Source: Daphnia carinata (lineage: Eukaryota). Taken from it: a stretch of 64,000 bases of DNA. Below, piece after piece: positions 54,711 to 64,000 of the stretch (its first letter is position 1; every line of letters begins with the position of its first letter). The stretch spans positions 3,658,001-3,722,000 of the forward strand of contig NC_081333.1 in assembly GCF_022539665.2 (NCBI RefSeq). The letters are read 5' to 3'. Below the pieces are notes generated by a model. It did not search any database and was not told where the DNA came from. It saw only the letters and a program-made list of their open reading frames with translations. Position numbers and translations under genes: made by a program.

Positions 54711-55643
54711 TTATTGCTGTAAAAGAAAGAAAATTTTGTAGGCCAATTTATCATGATTTTCAATTTTTTCATAAAATCATATTTATTAAATTAGTCATCG
54801 ACTGTGGTACCTCAACCGCAGGCTTATCTTCTGACGAAGACTTGACATCAGCAACCGATTCGACAACGATGTCATCGATGGCAATTGCATCATCCACGTT
54901 ATCTCCGCAGTAAGCGTAAAATATCAGCTAGTAAAATCGCAATTATTTTACAATTAGCTCGTTCCAAAAACAAAGAACAGTTAAGAGTTTATAGGTCATT
55001 AGAACTTACTGTTACGTCAGTTGGTTGAATAAAAGAATCATCGAGAATGGGCGTGGACGTTCGACGCCATTCAAAATTCACCGATGTGGAATAGCTGGTC
55101 AAAGTAAGTAAAGTTGATTCAACATTACCCACGGACAGAACGAGCTGGATCGAAATGAAAGATAACGATTCAAACATTAATGATTTTCTCTTTGCATCGC
55201 TTTAAAGTTAAAATAGTGCGTCTTACATCTAAGGTGTTTCCTCCGGTGTACTTGGATCGGATCCAGAAATCAAAAGAAATGACATCGCCGGGCAGAGCTG
55301 TGAACACCACCGTGCGCAGGATCAGAAGTCCGGGATTGAGTTGCTCGTTACGCGTAGCCCTCAGGTATTTGGTGCCGTTCAACGGAGTAGGAGGTGCATA
55401 GTTCGCAGCTGGTGCACTGAAATCTTCGACAACCCAATGGACCGTGTTCGGCGAGCTATCGTACCACGGATCTTCGGTGCCACTCTCGAAATCATTGTTC
55501 AACATTGAACGGGCAGTGAGAGGATCGACTAACATAAACGGGCGAAAGACCTGTTTCCTTACATTTTGTTTGGATAGAGGGACACGACCAGCCGAGCAAA
55601 CGGCAATTACAAAGAAAAAAGGTATTAAAATATTCTTGTTCAT
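54711..55643 (-). CDS. Secreted single MAM-like domain protein
   Basis: MNKNILIPFFFVIAVCSAG; NNDFESGTEDPWYDSSP...FWIRSKYTGGN...LIFYAYCG..DAIAIDDI. The 3' end is uncertain. Confidence 0.7.
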
Positions 55644-56085
55644 GCTTGCGCCGTGGGAACAATTCAAGTGTGGAAATCTTGGCCAAACTGCGACCGAGCT
55701 AAGACTTTCCCTGTGCGATGATTTGAACAAGATAAATCGCATCTTGATATCTAATGAGTGACGGACGTGTTTAAAGTCCCATTGAATACGAGGTCCTGAG
55801 CGTTTGGCATTCAAAACTGAAGAACATCACGCGCTTGAGATTGTTATCAGTCTGTTCCCTATAGCAAGGACTAAATGTCCGTCCAAAGGACAAAAACAAT
55901 TGTGGGAATAAGGACAGCAATTTGAGAACGTTTCACGTGGCGACAGACGTAAATATGCCTAAAAAAATAAAGCGTGTAAATCCCGTTTAATTATCACCGC
56001 TCCAACGGGAATAATATCTTTGCCAAAACGTAATTTGAGAACTAGCCAATACTGAGAAACGAATACAAACTTGAACATTGTGTGA

Positions 56086-58485
56086 TCACACCGATGTGTA
56101 AATTGCTTGCCAACCGGATAGACTGTTCTTCGAATCAGATGTGTGTAGTATCAAGCAATCACGTCCGCTGGTCGTGACAGATAGACCTGAACGCGTTCCA
56201 CTAACACGCAAAAGTACCGGTGAAGCAGCTGTTGCTCCATCGTAAACCTGTTGTCCATTTATGTAAAACAGTCAAATTTCATGCAAATGCTGGGGGTACT
56301 TTCAACTTTTCGATTGATACGTATTGAAATCTATGATGTTAAGTGAACGTACCGTGACAATATCGTATCCACTTTCTGTGTTGAAACTACCGAACTCCAA
56401 CTTGACGCGACTACCGGACGGCATTTGGATTTTGTATCTGCAATCCTCATTGAAACCATATGACAACGGGTAATGTGGCGATGAGATCGTACCGCTAGTT
56501 GCATCATAGTAACCCCCGCAAGCTAAAAATTCAGATTTAAAAGAATTAATGCAATCACTCGTAGTGCTGATTTCTTTGTGACATTACGTTCAGGAGTCGT
56601 TGGTGAAATGGTGGTGATTGCAGGTGTGGTGGTGGATGGACACGAAACGCCATTGCACGTGGATGTTGGCGGAGTTAATTGAGTTGTCGGCGTACTTGCA
56701 TCTCGAGACTCGATCAAAATATCATCAATTGCGACAGCATCTTCTGCATACCCACCACAAAATGCCCGGAAAATGAACTAGAAACACGTCGTTATTAATT
56801 CTACAGATAGTCATGGTACCACTGGTTTTTTATACCGTCACGTCAGTCGGTTGTGCGACAGGGATAACAGACGAGATTGTACGCCATTCCAAATTAACCG
56901 AAGTAGAATAGCTAGACAAGTCTAGCAAAATTGTTTCGATATCACCAACAACCAAGGCGAGCTGCAAGAGAAATAATTACAATTCTTCCAATTAACGTTA
57001 TGGCACGTAGAACATCAATCAGCTTCTACCTGTAGAGTATTGCCAGCAGTGTATCTCGAGCGAATCCAGAAATTAAATGTAATTTTATCATCAGGTACGG
57101 CCGTGAATGTCGCTGTGCGAAGTACGAGGAGACCAGGAGATAATTGAGCATCACGAACAGCTCGCAGATATTTGGAGCCTGTTGGCAGAATAGGTGGGGC
57201 GTAGTCTTCTGTGGGAGCAGCAACATCCTCCACCATCCAGTGGACAGTAGATGGTGAGTTGTCGTACCACGGATTTCTGTAGCCACTTTCAAAATCGTTA
57301 TCCAACGAATTGCTAACCGCTAGTGGATCGCGCTGTTCGTGTTGGCTACGGTTGCCTTCATTTTGTTAGTCAAAAATTACAATCATTAAGAGTAGTGAGA
57401 TATAATATAAGTCATTTTTAGGTACGTACCAATCGTTTTCGACAGGGTACTTTGAGTTGGACATGCTTCACCAATGCACGGGGCTGTTGGAGGAGTGAAA
57501 ACAGTTGTGGGTATCGAAGTTTCAGTGGTTGTCGCTGTGGGTGTGCTGGTCGAACAACCTACACACGGAGCTGTTGGAGGTGTAAACGGGGTAGTGGTCG
57601 GGGTAGTGGTCGGAGTAGTGGTCGGGGTAGTGGTCGGAGTAGTGGTCGGGGTAGTGGTCGGAGTAGTGGTCGGAGTAGTGGTCGGAGTAGTGGTCGGAGT
57701 AGTGGTCGGAGTAGTGGTCGGAGTAGTGGTCGGAGTAGTGGTCGGAGTAGTGGTCGGGGTAGTGGTCGGAGTAGAAGATCCATTTGATCCAACAAAAATG
57801 TCATCAATGGCAATAGCATCCACTGCATCTCCTCCACAGAACGCGTAAAATATCAACTACGGATAAACTACATACAAATTTCATTTTCCTCCTTGATTAA
57901 ACGAAACCTGCATACCGTCGCTTCCGTAGGTTCCGTCACTGGAAGAGGACTAGACCCTACACGCCAGTCTACATTGTCCGGTGAAGAATACCTCGATAAT
58001 ATCAGAAATATTGTTTCCACTCCATCAACAGACAGAACCACCTGTAGAAACGGTTTTCAAAACTAAAGAAAAACAATGATGCTAAACAGGTCATTTTTTA
58101 CCTCTAAGGTGTTGCCACCCATGTACTTGGAATGAATCCAAAAGTTGAACGAAATCTCATCGCCAGGTAGCGCAGTGAATGCCACCGTTCGCAACACGAG
58201 AAGGCCGGCAGTCAGGTGATCATCTCGCGTCGCTCGTAGATATTTCGTGCCGTTTAACAGAGTAGGAGGTGCATAGTTTTCCGCTGGCGAACTGAAATCT
58301 TCGATAACCCAATGAACAGTGGATGGCGAACTGTCGTACCACGGATCTTCAAAGCCACTCTCAAAATCGTTGCTTAACAGTACCCTGGCTTCCAGCGGAT
58401 CGATGTGATAAATCTCTCGAACAGGACTCGCCAAGCAAACAGAAACGATGACACTAGTCATTAAGAATAAAATTAAGTCACTCAT
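56086..58485 (-). CDS. Secreted MAM-like x2 + (PTTT)15 mucin + CUB domain protein
   Basis: Two NDFESG..PWYD domains separated by a Thr/Pro repeat; terminal exons CGGYYDATSGTISSPHYPLSY...GYDIVT|VYDG...SGWQAIYTSV* (CUB). Confidence 0.75.
57588..57767. repeat. 12-bp tandem repeat x15 encoding PTTT (mucin-like)
   Basis: GGRGTAGTGGTC units, 180 bp. Confidence 0.95.
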
Positions 58486-59479
58486 TTCGTTTGCAGTGAA
58501 ACAAATTTCGCTATATTAAACTGGCCAACAGTGTAGCAATGGCGTGTGTGAATAGAAATGTGTCGATAACTAAATTGCTTGTTTAAACGTTTATGATATA
58601 CAAAGCTACGGTTGTTGTTACAGTTGGACTAGGTTCTTATCGAAGCTATCAGTGAACGCAGGGTATGCTGTACAACGATGAGGCACAACACCCAAAGCGT
58701 TTGAATGTGGAGGGCAAAGTTTGACATTAAACGTAATATGCAGTATGAAAATGCTTACCGATTGTCGTGCACATCCTTTCTTCTTCGCGTCCACGGGTGG
58801 TAATGATTCAACGTAGCATTTTTAGTTCTGATAACACCTGAGGCATTAGGACTAGAAGCAGGAGGAGTGAGGAACTCCGAAACATCTGCCGGTTTTAGTT
58901 TTCGAGAGGCAGGGAGGGATTTCAAACCTCATTCGATTCAAGGTTGTTTAACCTTGCCGTTTCTAAGATCATTTCAATATTTTTAATGGATTTAGAAAAA
59001 TCGTATCAATCGCCTAATGATGAGTACGCTTGTTTCAGCATTGAAATGGCGATTAGTTTGCTGCAACAGATAATATTTATGAATCTATTATAAATATATT
59101 TACATTGCTGCCCCCGTGTCGTAACCTTGTAATCAAATGATACTTTGCACTTTAGGATAAAAAAGAAAACAGACAGGTATTCGGTGTGTGTTTTACACAA
59201 TGTAACCGTTAATGCATTTAAGGATGATCTGATATGCAGAGCTATATCTCCTTCTAGAATTCAGACCAAGTTCTTTCCCCTTTAGCTCACGAAGTGATAG
59301 AGAAAAACAAGGACAAGACGAAGGTCGTGCAGGGTGTGTGACTGTTGATTGCTCTTTGTTGTGTATTCAATAAATCAAAATAAAGTTTGTGGTACTGTAA
59401 TCGTTGGGAACCCTCCGCTGATATACGTTGTTGATGAGCGTATAATTGCTTTGGCTTAATCAACATGATGTTTAGCTGT

Positions 59480-60772
59480 TTACAACGATCTGTAAGTTGC
59501 CTGCCAGCCGGTCAAACTGTTCTGGTAATCGGAGGAATGAACGACCAAGCAATTGGAGCCTGATGTTGTGATTAAGTCGTCGTTAAATCCGCTGGCGCGT
59601 ATCAGCACAGTCGATGAGGTTGTCAATCCATCGTATACCTATTCCGGCAGAAACGGAACAAGTAACATCGCGTGTGTTTTCGTCTTCGGCATTTAGGATA
59701 ATGTGCTGAATTATTATTGGATTACCGTGACGTAATCAGCTCCACCTTCGGTGTTGAAGTAAAGGAAATCGAGGACGACACGTTTGCCATCCGCCACCTG
59801 GATGAGGTATTCGCAATACTCGTCGAATCCGTACGGTTGCGGGTAGTTGGGAGAAGAGATAATGCCGCTGGGATCAATAAAAGTACCTCCACAAACTTAA
59901 AAACGCATCGTTAAAATCATTAAAAAAATATGTATAAAAAATCAATGAAGTTGGTTACCTCCTGGTGGCAGAGTTGTCGCCATCGTCGTCGTAGTGGTCG
60001 TTGTTGGGGGAGTGGTAGGGGCGTTGGGTGATGCGAAGGTTATGTCATCAAGGGCAATCGCATCCTCTGCGTTACTACCACAGAACGCGTAGAAAATCAG
60101 CTGGAAATTTTAATGCAAATATTTCAAATCAATCTCCCTAAATCATTTGTATGATCTATATACCGTCACGTCCATGGGTTCCGACACGGGAAGAGGGGCA
60201 CTCATTGGACGCCATTCCAAGTTAACTGAAGTAGAATAACTCGTCAATGACACCAATGTTTGCTCCGTTTCACCAATGGCCATTACTAACTGTTTAACAA
60301 AAGGCTGGTTTAAAAACGAACTTTAAAACATTTAATGAATGCATACATCTAAAGTGTTGCCTCCAGTGTACTTGGATCGAATCCAGAAGTTAAACGAAAT
60401 CTCGTCACCGGGATACGCCGTGAAGGTCACCGTGCGCAGAATGAGAAGTCCAGCTGCAAGTTGTTCGTTGCGGATGGCTCGCAAATACTTCGTGCCGGCC
60501 AACGGTGCAGGTGCGGTATAATTCACTTCGAATGGAGTGGTGAAATCCTCGACAACCCAATGAACGGTAGAGGGTGAACTATCGTACCATGGCTCTTCGA
60601 AACCACTTTCGAAATTGTTATCCAACAAAGCTCGAGCTGAAAGAGGATCGACACTTACATGTGCCTTAACATGATGCCCATCAGCTTTTCCGCGCGTAAC
60701 AGGCACACGGCCAGCTAAGCAAACAGCGATGCTTATGGCCGCAAAGTAAAGTTGAAGAAGATTCTTGTTCAT
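59480..60772 (-). CDS. Secreted MAM-like + Thr linker + CUB domain protein
   Basis: MNKNLLQLYFAAISIAVCLAG; DNNFESGFEEPWYDSSP; CGGTFIDPSGIISSPNYPQPY...GADYVT|VYDG...TGWQATYRSL*. Confidence 0.78.
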
Positions 60773-62087
60773 TTTTAGTAACCGTACGACAATGGATGTA
60801 GAGCCAACTGGGGATTGAAAATATGCATACGGTGTGATTTAAGACGTGTCCTTGCAATCGGCCTATCACCAGACTGCGTTTTACATCAGGGAGAGGTTTT
60901 AAAGCAAACCGATGATAACAATAACTATTTATTCAGTTAGACAATCAACAAGTGAAACTGATTAGGAGGATGTAGATAAACTGCGCCATTTTGTTAAAAT
61001 TGAGACACCTAAACCGGTTGTCAATAATCAGCTCGTGTTTCGTTAACCTCCTTTCAATTTCGTAACAGATTCGCAATCATAGACCTCTGCTCATGTGTCC
61101 CCCTCCATAGCAACAAATTTCGAACGCTATATGACTCTGCTTTTTCAATTAGAAAATGTTTACTTGTAACGCTTATGAAGCAGCATATTAATTTGCACAA
61201 ATATCGGAATGTTAAATTTTTGTGCAAGCTTTTGCGTTCAACTAATAGGTAAAATGAAATCTCTTGATTTCGGGCATCGCAGCCGGAGGTTGAACCGGCC
61301 TCATTAATGTTCATTAATATTATTCAATTTTTAATGTTGCCAAACATAAAGTTAATAAGTATAATAATGTTTAAAAGAGCATCAGTTTAAATATTGAGAT
61401 TGGTTTGGCTGAACGTTGGATGGAGAACCATGTTTTGCGTACTGCGACAGGAGAGTGTGAAAGTGAAAGCTGTTCCATGACCCTGCCCGTAGTAGTTGTT
61501 CTCCTTTTTTATTTTTTAAGGACAACTTAAGAAAACAGTGAAATCAGTGTGCTGTAACTAACGGAGGACTACGGTTGCCTTTTCTTTGCCTGAACACATA
61601 GCATAGTGCACTTCAAGGCAAAAAGGTGGAACGCACTGAAACGGATTTCCCTACAACATAGCTTTAAAGGTACTTACATTATCTAAAAATGTCGGCCAAC
61701 ATCAAGATGATGTTGGCGAATGATGTTTCGGGTGTTGATGCCACTGCAATTAAATGGTTTTCGTTACTTGCATAAATCAGCCAAACGAATTTGAAAAGCA
61801 GTTGTTCCATATCGTATTGCATGTGCCATGGAACTTTCCCAACATTTCCCAAAGCAGGAGACCCCGTTTGAGCAGGTAGGCGAAAAAATCTCAACTAGTC
61901 AACTTTCGTTTAACTAGCCTAGATGGTATTGAACAGTTGGTTGGAACGCGGGAGGTCGGAACGCGTTTCAAATGTCCAGATTATCAATGCAACTACCTGT
62001 TGGCCACCCTTTTAGGTATAAATGAAGTGAGAAATTAAGTTAGATATTGCAAGCTAAATTTTCACAATTTTTTAAACAGCTCAAGGA

Positions 62088-64000
62088 ATGGAGATGAACA
62101 AAATCAAAACTGCCCTTCATCAGGTGAGTGGAAGGCCATCATAATTTTTAAAAGCGTACAGTAGAAAGACAAGCGGGGAGCATAACGTGGCGTACAAGCC
62201 AAGAAGCATGCAATTTATTCCGAACTATTTCTGAATTGGCTTCTCATTTGTAGCTGAGGAATGCTGTGAAAGACTGTCAATTGAATGACTCTAGCGATGA
62301 ATTCCTTCTTAAATGGCTAAAAGGTATAATAATTTTGGTTATTAAAACAAGTTCTGTTTTGATGTCTCATTTGCAATGAAACAGCACATGATTTCGATGT
62401 AGCTCGAGCCACCAAAATGCTCAGACAGGTGATTTTTTTTATAAGGTCTCTTTAATGATCATATATTTACATTTTCATCTTGTAAATCTAAAGACATTAG
62501 AATGGCGGCGAGTAAACGGAGTGGATAAACTCTTAGATACGTTCAAAATTAGCGATGTGATGAAAAAATATTTTTCCGTCGGACGAGTTGGAGTTGACAA
62601 ATACGGGTGCCCACGTCAGTATAAAAGAAACACATTTACATGTACAGTAGATTAATCTATCTCATTTTCTTTTATCCCCCAATTTATACACATTTCCATC
62701 ACACCTTCAGTTTACGTTTCTGCAATGGGAAGAATGGACATGAAAGGCATTCCGGACAATGTATAATTGAGCTTTCGTTAAACTGACATTTCAAAATTAA
62801 TTTTCAGGAATTCTGTTATCTACAAAGAAAAACGAATTATCAGAAATGTTGATTTATAGAGAAGAGAAGTATATTAAGGCGGCTAGAGAGGAACGTGAAC
62901 GAACAGGTAGGCCGATCGCGACGCATACGATCATCTTCGACTTCGATCATCTATCGATGAAACAGCTAACGTGCAAGCCAGGTACAATTCTATGCCAATT
63001 CAAACAGAAATCTGTAAAAAAACAAAACCCAATGTATCATTTCATTTACAGTTGCCTTTGAGTTAATGGCTTTCACCAGATTACAGTTGGCCCACTACCC
63101 TTTAAATCTTCGTCGGGCGTTCATCATTAACGGTAGGCTCTGTTCACATTTGTTCCTACCGCAAACTGTCGCAACATAATCCTCGTGTTTTTTCTCGTTT
63201 GAAAGCCCCCAAGTTATCTTTTCAACTGTTGTTCGCTATGTTGAATCCGTTCCTACCCGAGACTGCCACCGCGTGTCTGAGAGTTTTTGGTAACGACAAA
63301 ACACAGTGGACATCCGCTTTGCTAGAGGAAATCGACGCCGATCAAATTCCTGCGTTTTACGGAGGCACAATGACCGATCCCGATGGTGATCCCAAATGCC
63401 CTAGCAAGGTAATACAAAAAGAAAAAGTATTCTTAAAGCGATGATTCTCCGATCTAATCAAAGCTTAGTTCAATATGGGAGGTGAGGTACCTCAATCCTA
63501 TTACCTTTGCAACAATGCTCCGGTCGCTAAAAAATATATGGAGACGCTGCACGTTATTGCAGGTGTTGGAGGACGGAAGAAACTGAAATATAAAATCGAG
63601 ATTGTCCCTTCCGTAATGAGGTAGCGTGAACATAGTGCATCATCTGTCAATATAAATAAGGCCTCGTGTTGTTGGGTTCTTAAAAAACAGATGGGAGTTT
63701 ATGACTGAAGGAGGAGACATTGAATTTCGAGTTTACAATAGCAATTTAAACGATGAGGAAGATTTGCTCCCGCCTAACAGGGTCGATAGCCATTTGGTGA
63801 TGGAAGAGGGTGAGCTAACGTGCCATCAACCAGGCAAATGTAAGTTATCTTTAAAACATGCGCGTTTGCATAATTGACATTCAATTTCTTTTGAATTCCG
63901 ATCAGATATTTTCGAGTTCAGCAACACGTTTAGCTATTTGAAAACGAAAAAAGTTTACTACCACATTACTGTCCATCCACAATCATCGGAAAATGTTTGA
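62088..64000 (+). CDS. SEC14-like (CRAL-TRIO + GOLD) lipid-binding protein
   Basis: DEFLLKWLKAHDFD, GVDKYGCP, IIFDFDHL, HYPLNLRRAFIINAP, IDADQIPAFYGGTMTDPDGDPKC, WEFMTEGGDIEF, FSNTFSY; TGA at 63998-64000. Confidence 0.9.

Noticed and set aside
57588..57767. CRISPR-like array or GRSS/VVGV-repeat proteins on other frames
   Set aside because: Spacer-less 12-bp coding tandem repeat (PTTT) in a eukaryotic exon; the other frames are shadows.

Overview
AT-rich, gene-dense eukaryotic DNA with many short (~55-90 nt) introns. Gene content and architecture point to a cladoceran crustacean, most likely Daphnia (inference). Genes from left to right: a 5'-truncated ABCB1/MDR pseudogene, TOP3B, a divergent RanBP9/10-like gene, an intact ABCB1, cueball, CSTF1, IDI1, WDR82, CARM1, a Tyr-motif/PH/actin-fold fusion gene, a FkbM/Star-like methyltransferase-fold gene, a 14-exon glycine-rich micro-exon gene that the ORF track misses, four tandem secreted MAM-like genes with different C-terminal modules, and a SEC14/GOLD gene. 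The most unusual region is 41.1-50.0 kb. An 80-bp inverted repeat brackets the FkbM gene and a ~5-kb palindrome. The palindrome's ~2.1-kb arms carry a spliced orphan (pseudo)gene and a hairpin-dense GC-rich block, are near-identical in their inner ~1.3 kb, and enclose three tRNA-derived units. All exon structures were assembled by eye from GT/AG sites and reading-frame continuity; no database searches were run.
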